64,000 bases of DNA, from NCBI GenBank assembly GCA_002104905.1, contig MCFE01000365.1:23099-87098 (forward strand), read 5' to 3'. Positions 1-10,541 of this stretch are shown here, piece after piece (position 1 is the first letter of the stretch; each line of letters opens with the position of its first letter). This stretch comes from Basidiobolus meristosporus CBS 931.73 (taxonomy: Eukaryota > Fungi > Basidiobolomycota). A program made the translations under genes and the position numbers. The notes under the pieces were generated by a model. That model saw only the letters and a list, made by a program, of their open reading frames with translations. It had not been told where the DNA came from and did no database searches.

Positions 1-905
1 AAAGATGAGTTGAGGCTTGGTATGGGGACCATAGCAACGGATTTGGATACTGATACAGCAGTAAACTGACAGCAATGGAGAACCACCTTGCAGAGGGTAT
101 GAATGACTTAGAGCAAGCTTGGAATACTAGGTTCAGAAGCTCCAATAGACTTCCATAACCCAGAGTGTTCAGCAACAGGTTCCATATCAGGAGTATTTTG
201 GATACCTTCCCAGTGAGGATTAACAGACCTTCTAGAGGGCAGAGGCACTTTTATTCTGGCAAGTACAAGGCACACTGTGTGAAGTTTCAAGCACTGTCTG
301 ACATTGAGGGTAACATCATTTGGTTTAGTGGGCCATTTGCTGGAAGTAGGCATGACAAAGCACTCTGGGTAGAGAATCATCCTGAATTCATTAGAGGGGA
401 GAAATGTATGGCAGACTTAGCCTATATAGGAGAGGATTGTCAGAGATTAGGATGTATTACAGCTTATAGGAAGCCGAGGAATGGTGTGCTTAGCAGGAAG
501 CAGAAGCTCTACAATGAGATATTTAATCATTTCAGAGTGAGGGTAGAGCACACATTTGGATATCTGAAGAGATTCAGCATATTGGCAGGTAAATACAGAG
601 GAAAGTCATATATAGGTGAAAACAGCAGAATAGGTAAAATAGTTAAGATACTTATTAATGCGCAGTATACTCATACAAGAAGACATCCACTGAGAGAAAT
701 GTATGGAGCATTATGAAGAGTAAATAAAGCAAGGAAAGCACTATTCTGAGCAACATAAGTAAGATTGAGTAAAATTACCGGTAACTGTATCATACCACTG
801 GCATCATAGTAGAAATTATAGTGCCAGATAGTGCCGTAGAGTGCCAGATTGATCTGGCACCATAAACAGGCTGGTACTATGTGGCACTATCAAACAGAAC
901 AAGTC
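1..905 (+). mobile_element. PIF/Harbinger(ISL2/IS5-like) DNA transposon, copy 1 (internally deleted; left part outside window)
   Basis: 1-60 matches 8236-8295 and 66-905 matches 8722-9562, so ~430 bp of the copy-2 sequence is deleted here. Ends in ...AACAGAACAAGTC, the terminus shared with copy 2. Confidence 0.75.
75..716 (+). pseudogene. DDE_Tnp_4-family transposase, 5'-deleted, in-frame TAA at 156-158
   Basis: Motifs ILDTFPVRINRP, FYSGKYKAHCVKFQ, GSRHD, MADLAYIG, RVRVEHTFG match the DDE_Tnp_4 pattern. Copy 2 has TAT where this copy has TAA. Confidence 0.85.
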
Positions 906-1459
906 TATTGACTACTAAACAAGCTACCTGATTTGCCATCAAATATCCCATTTTGCCCATTGAGCAAGTAAATCCCTGATCCTAGTGATTGGACGTGGTG
1001 TCATAGCTAGCATGCAAGCAATTGGGTAGGTGCAAAACAGATCCAATAGCTGCACTGGTATTACAGATGACATTTATATATGCAGGGTGTTTATTTATAG
1101 GGGTTGTGTTGCAAATGTGAGACAATTTTTGTTATTACTTATATCAAAAATTTGATGATCACTGATTTGCAATGGCTCAATTTGGATTGCAAAAAAAAAG
1201 GGCTGTTGGGATCATTACAAATGTGAGCAATTCAAAGCTATTGTATCATCTTCTCCTGGGTTTTTTTCTCATAGGGATTACTACTGAAGCATTTGGTAGC
1301 AACTCACTTTGCACACCTATACTACTGCCTGGCTGACTATCATCTTGGATACTTGTGTATTTGTTGTCATTATTTTGCCTCCTAGTTGATGAGTGCAATA
1401 CTGCAGCTTGGCCACACTGAATTGCTCTGACTAAACCAACTAAACCAGCCTGGAGTGCC

Positions 1460-1927
1460 TGTTATGAATAGACACAAGGCAGGAGGAAAAGCTAGGCATG
1501 GCAGGAAAGGACTTAGGTGTGGACCATCAAGGCAAGGCAGGATTCAAGGCAAGGCTGTTTATTCAAGACCTGTGTTTATCAGACTGAGGAATACTTAAGG
1601 GGGGATAGGACTATATATACTTTTTGGCTATACTGATGCCAAGAGATATTAGCTAATACTAATGGGGTTGTGGGGTGAGGCACAGCAATGGTGCTGGGGA
1701 TAATGACATAGATGACACGGCACTGAGACAGGATGGGGAAATGGATTGGGTCACCTGATCATGTGAATAAGTCATGTGACCTGGTATTTCCATATATAGT
1801 GCTGGACTTTGGAATGGTCAGGAACTTTCTGGAAGGTGGTAGAAGGTTCCAGAAGGAATCTCTTAGAAATTGAGCTAGGAAGCTGAAACTTGGCATGGGT
1901 GTTCATGGTTGTCATGTGATCATGACA
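1460..1927 (-). repeat. 3' LTR of Gypsy-1 (468 bp)
   Basis: Direct repeat of 6787-7307 lacking 53 bp (7135-7187). Confidence 0.95.
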
Positions 1928-4900
1928 CTATTCTCCTCTTCCAGGTGAAGCTCTGTTTCCCTTTGGGGCAGGTTTTGCAGGATATTGTTGGTGGAACTGG
2001 GTGACTAGTTCTTGACAATTAGTGAGATGGGTAGCTGGTTCCCATGTTTGGTCACTTGGATCATAACCAATCCAGTCTACTAAGTAGTACAGCTTTGACC
2101 GGATATACTTGGAGTCTAGAATCTGTTTAACTTCAAATTCTTGATGTTGGTCAACCTGGATAGCTTGGGGCTTTGCTTCTTGCCGGTTTGGCAATGTGTT
2201 CCTACAATACGGCTCCAGGAGGGACACATGGAAAGTATCATGGATTTTCATACTTGCTGGTAACTGTAGCTGATATACTATAGGGCTAAGCTTCTTCTTG
2301 ATCTTGAAGGGACCAAGTTTCTTGAAATCCAACTTGTCACAAGGGCGGTTGGTGCTGATGTTTCTTCTGAGCAACCATACAGAATCTCCTTCATTAAGAT
2401 CTGGGCTGGGATGCCGTTTTAGATTGGCAAATTTCTTGTAGCTTTCCTGAGCTAAGGATAGCTCTTCCTTGAGGGTGTTCTGGATGTCCTGGATTGCTTG
2501 GGCATGTTCAGCCGCATGTGGGCTCATTGGGTTTGTTGGGATCTGGATATCAAACTGAGGGTGGAATCCATAGTTTGCATAGAATGGTGTAAAACCGGTT
2601 GCACTATGGCTTGAGTTGTTGTAGGCAAACTCAGCAACAGGGAGTAGATCAACCCAATTGTCTTGCTGGTAATTGATATAGCACCGGAGGTATTGCTCTA
2701 GAATCTGGTTGATTCTTTCAGTCTGGCCATCGGACTGTGGATGGAAGGCAGTAGAGAGCTTGACTTGAACACCAAGGTATTGCATGAAGTGTTTCCAAAA
2801 CTTGGACACAAACTGTGGGCCTCTATCTGACACAATATCACTGGGGATACCATGAAGGCGGAAAATATTCTTCAGGACTAAAGCAGTTGTTTCTTTTGCA
2901 TCAGTGTTCTTACAGCAAGGGATAAAGTGAGCCATCTTGGTCAGCTGGTCAGCCACTACAAGTATAGCATTGAAGCCACATGACTCAGGGAGGTCAGTAA
3001 TGAAGTCCATAGATATAGATCTCCATTGGTGTTTTGGGATAGGCAGGGGCTGAAGAAGTCCATAAGGCTGGTGCTGGCTGGTTTTGCACGGTTGTAAATA
3101 TCACAAGTCAGAATGTATTCTTTGATAAGAGTTATCATTCTAGGCCACCAGAAATCTCTTTTGATAGCATTCAAGGTTTTGGCAGTACCAAAGTGGCCTG
3201 CAACCGTTGAATCATGCCGAGACTTAATGATGTCTAGTTGGGTGGCAAGATCTGGGACATAAAGCTGCTGCTTGTGGTAAATGAGGTTGTTTACCAAATG
3301 CAGGTTCTGGATGTTTGGGAACTTGGGAGGGGGCCCAACTGGGGATTCCAGATATTTCTTGACGGTGCTGGAAGTCATATCAGAGGCTTGGGATTCTGAT
3401 ATCCTTACTAGGAATGAAGGGATGACAAGACTTGAGGACTGGGTGGCAAGGATCTCAAAATGTTTCTTGCTCAGCAATGGGTGTTCCATTTGCCGACAGG
3501 CATCATCTCCCTCTTCCAGGGCATATTCCTTTTTTCTGGACAGGGCATCAGGCTTTCCTTGCTTTGCACCAGGTCTATAGGTGATAGTAAAGTCAAAGCT
3601 GGACAGGAAGAGTGACCATCTGGCTTGTCTCCAGTTTAGTACTTTGGAAGTTGCAAAGTACTCAAGGTTCTTATGGTCACAGAAGACTTTGATTTTGTGT
3701 TTAGCACCATCCAGGTAGTGTCTCCATTGCTCAAAGGCTACAATGATGGCAAGCAACTCCTTATCATAGATATCATAGTTGATCTCTGCAGGGGAAAACT
3801 TCCGAGAGTAGAATGCAATGGGGTGCAACACATTGTCCTCATCATACTGGGAGAGTATGGCACCAAGGGCAAAATCAGAAGCATCAGTCTCCACTATGAA
3901 TTGCTTCTCAAGGTCAGGGTGGGCAAGCAGGGGGGCCTTCAGGAAAGATTTCTTAAGTTGGTTGAATGAGGTGGATTGCTCCTCATTCCAGGCAAAAGGT
4001 GTGTTCTTCTGGGTTAGCTTTGTCAGAGGGGTGACTATCTTTGAGTAGTTGGCTATGAACCTGCGATAGAAGTTGGCAAATCCCAGGAAGGATTGTACTT
4101 CCTTGACTGAGCTTGGAGTTTTCCAGGACTGGACTGAGTCAACTTTCTTTGGGTCCATTCTTGTTCCCTCAGGGCTGATGAGGTAACCAAGAAATTCCAC
4201 TTCTCTCTGGTCAAATTCACACTTCTCTAACTTGGCATAGAGACCGGCAGAGTCTAGTTTTCTCAATACTTTCTTGACATGTTCATCATGTTCATCTTGG
4301 CTCTTGGAGTATATGAGAATATCATCAAGGTAGATTACCACAAACTGGTCAAGGTATTCACGGAATATATCATTCATGAGGTGTTGAAACACAGCAGGGG
4401 CGTTGGTTAGGCCAAATGGCATTACTTTGTACTCAAAGTGACCATATCTTGTGCAAAAGGCAGTTTTCCATTCATCACCAGGCTTGATTCTGACAAGATT
4501 GTAAGCTCCTCTCAAGTCTATCTTGGTGAAGACTTGGGCAGCAGATAGCTGATCCAACAGTGTGTGGATCAGGGACAGGGGGTAGCGCTTCTTGACTGTG
4601 ATCTTATTCCAAGCACGGTAGTCCACACACATTCTGAGGGTGCCATCCTTCTTCTTGACAAAGAGGATTGGGGCTCCAGCAGGTGATTTGGAGTGCTGAA
4701 TAAAACCCTTCTGGAGGTTTTCTTGAATATAACCATGGAGTTCTTTCAGCTCCGGCTGGGAGAGGTTATATATTGGGCCAAATGGAGGGACTTTTCCATC
4801 TTCAAGGTCAATAGGGCAGTCATAAGGCCAATGGTCAGGGAGGAGTTCTGCTTTCTTCTTGTCAAAGACATGGGCAAACTCTTGGTACTTGGCTGGTATA

Positions 4901-5475
4901 GTTGCTGAGGGGGCTCCTTCAGCTGGCAAGGTATCTTGGGCTGTTGAACTGTTGGCAACCGTCTTTTCACGGTTATCAGGGTCTGGAGATTTCATGGAGT
5001 TGACTTGGTGGGATCTGGTGAATGACAGGATGTTGGATTTCCAATCAATACTCGGATTGTGGTAGCTCAGCCATGAGCTTCCTAGCACAATAGGATAGTG
5101 TGGTGAGTTGATGATGTTGAAGGCAATTCTTTCTTGGTGGGCAGTACTGGATAGCTGGAGTAAGCATGTTTCATGGGTGACGGCACCAGAGGAGAGTGAT
5201 CTTCCATCAACAACTTCTACTTGGACTGGACAGGATTTCAAGGTAACAGGAATAGAGTGCTTCTGGACAAAGGCTTGGTCAATGAAACAGGATGAAGCAC
5301 CGGAATCAATCAGGGCTAGGGCTGGGACAGGACCAGAGTCAGGGATCTGGATTTTGACAGGCATTCTCAAGGACTGGATAGATTTTGTGGCAAAGGAAGA
5401 TTCTTGGATATGCTGGATTTTCATGGGTGGGTCCAGTTGCAAGCCTGTCAGTGCAACTGGACATTGGAGTTTCCC
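1928..5475 (-). pseudogene. Gypsy-1 pol (PR-RT-RNaseH-IN-chromodomain), one frameshift near 3070
   Basis: ALIDSGAS protease, YLDD RT, TDASDFALG RNaseH, SDRGPQF and HPQSDGQTER integrase, FEVKQILDS...YLVDWIGY...TWEP chromodomain. ORFs 2956-5442 and 1928-3010 are joined by a frameshift in the integrase zinc-binding region. Confidence 0.95.
5431..5475 (-). promoter_or_regulatory. -1 programmed ribosomal frameshift signal (G GGA AAC + hairpin)
   Basis: Slippery heptamer at 5475-5469 in the gag frame, 6-nt spacer, perfect 11-bp stem (5452-5462 with 5431-5441) and 10-nt loop. The -1 frame is open into pol. Confidence 0.85.
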
Positions 5476-6410
5476 GACAGATCTGGATCAGGTTGGTTGC
5501 TGGAGGACTGCATCAGCTTGAAGCTGAACTTCTTGTTGGGGCAGGACTTGGCAAAGTGACCTGGTTGGCCACAGTATAGACAGAGGTTGGCTTGTTGACG
5601 TCTGGACTTTTCACTCTTTGATAGTTTCTTGTATTTGGCACTATCAATCTGCATAGGATCTTCTGGAGTGACTTGGGGAGCAGGAGGAGCTGGGACTGCA
5701 ACAGGAATGTGTCTTTGACGATTCTTTTGCTTCTTCTGGAATAGTCTGTTATCACACCGGATTGCTTGGTGCATAGCTTCAACCAATGTATCTGGATCTG
5801 GGAGTGTGAGTAGCAGATCACAAACTTCATCATTAAGGCCATCTTGGAATTGGCTTATCAAGGCTGCTTGACCCCAGGAGCTGAGGTCACTGGAGAGTTG
5901 TCGGAATTCTGAGGCATAGACTGATGCTGGTTTGTTCCCTTGTTTGAGGGTCTTGATCTTGTTGGCAGCAGTTTTGGCTTGGTCAAGGTTACCAAATGTT
6001 AGCTCCATTTCAGTGAGAAAGGCTTGGTAGTCTCTGAGGAGGGGAGAGTTGGTCTCCACTAATGGGGAGAACCACTTGAGAGCTGTACCAGTAATCAGGT
6101 TGGAGATGAAACCAACTTTGGCCTGGTCAGTGGGGTACCGGTTGGGCTGGAGTGCAAGATTGTTCTTCACCATGTTGATGAAGCCACGGAATTCATTCTG
6201 AGAGCCATTGAACTTGGTAGCAGGAGTATACTTGGGTTCTTGGTAGACTGGGACATGGCCAGTTTGCTGGGCACTTTGGTTCTGGAACTGAGCAAAAGTG
6301 TTTCTGAGGTCTGCATGGTCTTGCTGCAGTTGGGTAAAGGCAGCCATGAGCTGGGCAAAGTTCAGCTCTAGGTTGGACATGGTAGCAGAGGAAGGCGGAT
6401 GAACTTGCAA
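5448..6410 (-). CDS. Gypsy-1 gag (Retrotrans_gag + CCHC zinc knuckle, PEG10/RTL1-like)
   Basis: Intact 320-aa ORF with CLYCGQPGHFAKSC. Confidence 0.92.
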   Translation of the reverse strand: MQVHPPSSATMSNLELNFAQLMAAFTQLQQDHADLRNTFAQFQNQSAQQTGHVPVYQEPKYTPATKFNGSQNEFRGFINMVKNNLALQPNRYPTDQAKVGFISNLITGTALKWFSPLVETNSPLLRDYQAFLTEMELTFGNLDQAKTAANKIKTLKQGNKPASVYASEFRQLSSDLSSWGQAALISQFQDGLNDEVCDLLLTLPDPDTLVEAMHQAIRCDNRLFQKKQKNRQRHIPVAVPAPPAPQVTPEDPMQIDSAKYKKLSKSEKSRRQQANLCLYCGQPGHFAKSCPNKKFSFKLMQSSSNQPDPDLSGNSNVQLH

Positions 6411-6773
6411 GGAATACTGGAATATACTAAACTAGGTTGTGGGTTTGTAAAGCCACTGGTATGTTAAGAATACAACTATTGAGCCACAATCCCCAACTTA
6501 AATAAGTTAGCGTCACTTCAGAAGGTACTGGTTTCAACACCCTTTGATAGAGTATTGTACTAAAGCTTCCAATACTGTAACAACTGTAAACTCCACCAGC
6601 AGGGTAATAAAGTGAATGCAGCTTTGACCAATAGTTTTACAAAGATAAAGTATCTTTGCCTTTATAGGACAAGACTAGGGAAAGATGATGGGTGATACTT
6701 ACAGTGAGTATTCCTTTTACAAGTTTTCTTCAAACTTTGGGCAGAAGGCAGGGATCCACAGGTAAGTCCGGAG

Positions 6774-6786
6774 AGTCTGATAAAAC
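6774..6786 (-). promoter_or_regulatory. Self-priming primer-binding site (Tf1 type)
   Basis: Minus-strand GTTTTATCAGACT directly after the 5' LTR is complementary over 11 nt to LTR-internal AGTCTGATAAAC (6912-6901), which lies ~27 nt downstream of TATATATA (6946-6939). Confidence 0.8.
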
Positions 6787-7307
6787 TGTTATGAATAGAC
6801 ACAAGGCAGGAGGAAAAGCTAGGCATGGCAGGAAAGGACTTAGGTGTGGACCATCAAGGCAAGGCAGGATTCAAGGCAAGGCTGTTTATTCAAGACCTGT
6901 GTTTATCAGACTGAGGAATACTTAAGGGGGGATAGGACTATATATACTTTTTGGCTATACTGATGCCGAGAGATATTAGCTAATACTAATGGGGTTGTGG
7001 GGTGAGGCACAGCAATGGTGCTGGGGATAATGACATAGATGACACGGCACTGAGACAGGATGGGGAAATGGATTGGGTCACCTGATCATGTGACTAAGTC
7101 ATGTGACCTGGTATTTCCATATATGGTACTGGACTATGAAAAATACGATGGGAAGCTTCCATGGAATGTTCCATTGTGTAACAATGGTTTGGAATGGTAA
7201 GGAACTTTCTGGAAGGTGGTAGAAGGTTCCAGAAGGAATCTCTTAGAAATTGAGCTAGGAAGCTGAAACTTGGCATGGGTGTTCATGGTTGTCATGTGAT
7301 CATGACA
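6787..7307 (-). repeat. 5' LTR of Gypsy-1 (521 bp)
   Basis: Direct repeat of 1460-1927; TGTTATG...CATGACA ends. Confidence 0.95.
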
Positions 7308-7522
7308 GTGCCATGTGCTGACACATTCTTTTACTTGCCAAGGGCTCTGCTGGTTGAGGCACTTTATGTTGGTCATCATCAGTCAGGTCACCAGATGTAA
7401 CTTGCTGATGGCCAGGCAAACAACACGTGCAGACATGACTTGACACATTGAGATGGCCCTTGGCCAAGTTCAATGCCATGCTGCATGCTGATGTGACTTG
7501 GTCCACTCCAATGGACTTGTGT

Positions 7523-8266
7523 TTAAATGAGCAGTTTGGCAAGTTCTGGTAGTTTTGCTCTGAAGCATGTGCATTGACCCAACATGTGTTGACTCAATGT
7601 GCGTTGACTTGATGCAGGGTGTAATCTGGATGATGTTGCTTGCGGTCTGTATTCTTCCTCCTGAAGCTCACCATCTGATTCCTCAAGGTATTCACTTACC
7701 CTTTGTCTGATACTTTGGAGCTGTTGCCTGGATGAGTCCTGTGTATATTGCACTTGGATGCCACTTAGCACTACTAATATATCATGTAGTACATTAGTCA
7801 TCTGAGGCAAAAACTCATTCAAAATCTCTTTGGTTCCCAAAGTTGAGGCTCAAATGGATGCGTCCAGACTGTACTGTGCAAATTGCGCATGAAATTGCTC
7901 CCATGCGGCTTCTTCATCAAATCCCCTTACTCTCAGCTCATTCTTGATTTCAATACTTGTCTTGTTATATATCTTCTTACATACATTGGCTGGCATCTTG
8001 ATGTAGAACTCATGCCACAGCTTTCTACTCAAATTCTTCCATCTTTGTTGACTCTCTGAGGTTTCTAGTTCTGCTAGATTAATTAGTAGTGCCCAAATAT
8101 CTGTATGAAGGCTCATCATAGACACTTGGGCCATACTAAAATCATTTGGCAAGAAATCAAATGGATCTAACATCAACTTTTCCGGTCCTGACCATGCTTG
8201 TGCACTGGGGGATGGATTTTGTCTGGGTTGCACTAAAGATGAGTTGAGACTTGGTATGGGGACCAT
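7523..8266 (-). pseudogene. ORF2 of the Harbinger-like element, unknown protein (QQRWKNLSRK weakly recalls Myb/SANT-like domains)
   Basis: ORFs 7850-8266 and 7523-7840 are in frame across a TGA. A homologous reading frame is kept in the inverted copy at ~9870-10500. Confidence 0.5.
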
Positions 8267-8541
8267 AGCAACAGATTTGGATACTTATACAGCAGTATAT
8301 TGGCATCAACCTGGTCTTATATGAAATATACATGAAAACTAATGTGATTGTTGAATTTTTCATATATTATGCTTGACGCATCTTGGATTGCATTGGCACA
8401 GATCAGATCACATCAATGGCTAATTTCCTATTAGATTATAGACCTATGAGTAAAGTAAAAATAAAGTACAAAGGCATTGTTTGTGTATGGTTTGGCAACA
8501 TAATGATGGGATACATTGCAATTGATGAAGATAAAATCATT

Positions 8542-9380
8542 ATGCATTAATTTCCTTTTGACAAACTAGAGGAGATCTATTCTAAGTACTGTGGACCATC
8601 TACCCCAATATACTCCAGGAGATACCTTGATAAGCTTCTCTGCTATTACAAGAACTATTGCCCTACAAGATTTCATCCTACCATCCATGGTAACAAAAGT
8701 CCTAGAAGCTTTCATTCCCAGCTGACAGCAATGGAGAACCACCATGCAGAGTGTATGAATGACTTAGAGCAAGCTTGGAATACTAGGCTCAGAAGCTCCA
8801 ATAGACATCCATATCCCAGAGTGTTCAGCAACAGGTTCCATATCAGGAGTATTTTGGATATCTTCCCAGTGAGGATTAACAGACCTTGTAGAGGGCAGAG
8901 GCACTTTTATTCTGGCAAGTACAAGGCACACTGTGTGAAGTTTCAAGCACTGTCTGACATTGAGGGTAACATCATCTGGTTTAGTGGGCCATTTGCTGGA
9001 AGTAGGCATGACAAAGCACTCTGGGTAGGGAGTCATCCAGAATTCAGTAGAGGGAGAAATGTATGGCAGACTTAGCCTATATAGGAGAGGATTATCTGAG
9101 ATTAGGATGTATTAAAGCATGAAGGAAGCCAAGGTATGGTATGCTTAGCAGGAGGCAGAAGCTCTACAATGAGATATTTAATCATTTCAGAGTGAGGGTA
9201 GAGCACACATTTGGATATCTGAAGAGATTCAGCTTATTGGCCGGTAAATACAGAGGAAAGTTGTATATAGGAGAAAACAGAAGAATAGGTAAAATAGTTA
9301 AGATACTTATTAATGCGCAGTATGCTCATACAAGAAGACATCCACTGAGAGAAATGTGTCTGGAGCATTATGAAGAGTAA
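8542..9380 (+). pseudogene. DDE_Tnp_4 transposase of copy 2 (~279 codons; stop at 8548, frameshift ~9050)
   Basis: Frame is open from 8551 (FPFDKLEEIY...YLDKLLCYYKNY, HTH-like) into the DDE core. One G is lost relative to copy 1 near 9050. Confidence 0.8.
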
Positions 9381-9584
9381 ATAAAGCAAGAAAAGCACTA
9401 TTCTGAGCAACATAAGTAAGATTGAGTAAAATTACCAGTAACTGTATCATACCACTGGCATCATGGTAGAAATTATTGTGCCAGATAGTGCCGTAGAGTG
9501 CCAGATCAATCTGGCACTATAAACAGGCTGGCACTATGTGGCACTATCCAACGGAACAAGTCACTTATTTATCTGTTTTTCCAT

Positions 9585-10541
9585 GTATTATGATTAAATC
9601 TTCATCAATTGCCATGTATCCTATCATTATGTTGCAAATATCATCCTCAAGCAATGACTTTGTATTTTTATTGATGCTTTGCCCACAAATCTGTAATCAA
9701 ATAGGAAATCTGCAAATGATGGGATCTGATCCATGTCAATGCAATCCAAGATGCATCATGCATAATATAAGGAAAACTCAACAATCACATTAGTTTTCAT
9801 ATGTATTTCATATAAGACCAGGTTAATGCCGATATACTACTGTGTAAGTATTGAAATCTGTTGCTATGGTCCTTATACCAAGTCTCAACTCATCTTTAGT
9901 ACAACCCTGACAAAACCGTTCCTCTAGCTCACAAGTGTGGTCTGGTCCAGGAAAGTCAATGCAGAATCTGTTTGAGTTCTTTCCAATGATTTTAGTAAGG
10001 CCCAAGTGTCTGTGATGAGCCTTCTACAGATTTTTGGGCACTACTCATTAATCTAGCAGAGCTAGATACCTCAGAAAGCTGACAGAGATGGAGGAACCTG
10101 ATTAGAAAGCTGTGGCATGAGTTCTACATCAAGATGCCAGTGGATATATGTTAGTATAAATAATAAAACAAGTATTGAAATCAAGAATGAGCTGAGAGTG
10201 AGGCAATTCGAAGAGGAAGCTGTGCAGGAACAATTTTGTGTGCAATTTACACAGTACAGGCTTGATGTGTCTGTTTGTGCCTCAACTCTGGGAACCAAGG
10301 AGATTTGAATGAGTTTTTGCCTCAAATGACTTATGTATTATATGATATATCTGTAGAGCCAAGTGGCTTCCAAGAGCAATATACACAGGACTCATCCAGG
10401 CAACAGCTCCAAAGTATCAGACAAAGGGTAAGTGAATACCTTGAGGAATCAGATGGTGAGCTTCAAGAGGAAGTGTACAGACTGCAAGCAACAGTATCCT
10501 GATTGGACCACACACCCTGACACAGTGTAATGGAACAAGTC
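9585..10541 (+). repeat. Inverted partial copy of the Harbinger-like element (promoter + ORF2, ending in TIR-like AATGGAACAAGTC)
   Basis: Reverse-complement similarity to ~7620-8545; the last 13 nt resemble the element terminus. Confidence 0.75.

Larger units (their letters stand above)
1460..7307 (-). mobile_element. Full-length Ty3/gypsy chromovirus LTR retrotransposon (Tf1/sushi type), Gypsy-1
   Basis: TG...CA LTRs at 1460-1927 and 6787-7307. 5-bp TSD GTGCC at 1455-1459 and 7308-7312. Order gag-PR-RT-RH-IN-chromodomain. Purine tract abuts the 3' LTR. Confidence 0.97.
7313..9562 (+). mobile_element. PIF/Harbinger-like DNA transposon, copy 2: divergent ORF2 (-) and transposase (+); left end unresolved, possibly split by Gypsy-1
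   Basis: Shares ORF2 part, transposase and 3' terminus ...AACGGAACAAGTC with copy 1. Confidence 0.7.

Noticed and set aside
7605-7620. TGACTTG at 7605 as the left TIR of Harbinger copy 2
   Set aside because: ORF2 reads through it in frame to 7523 and the flanks give no TSD.
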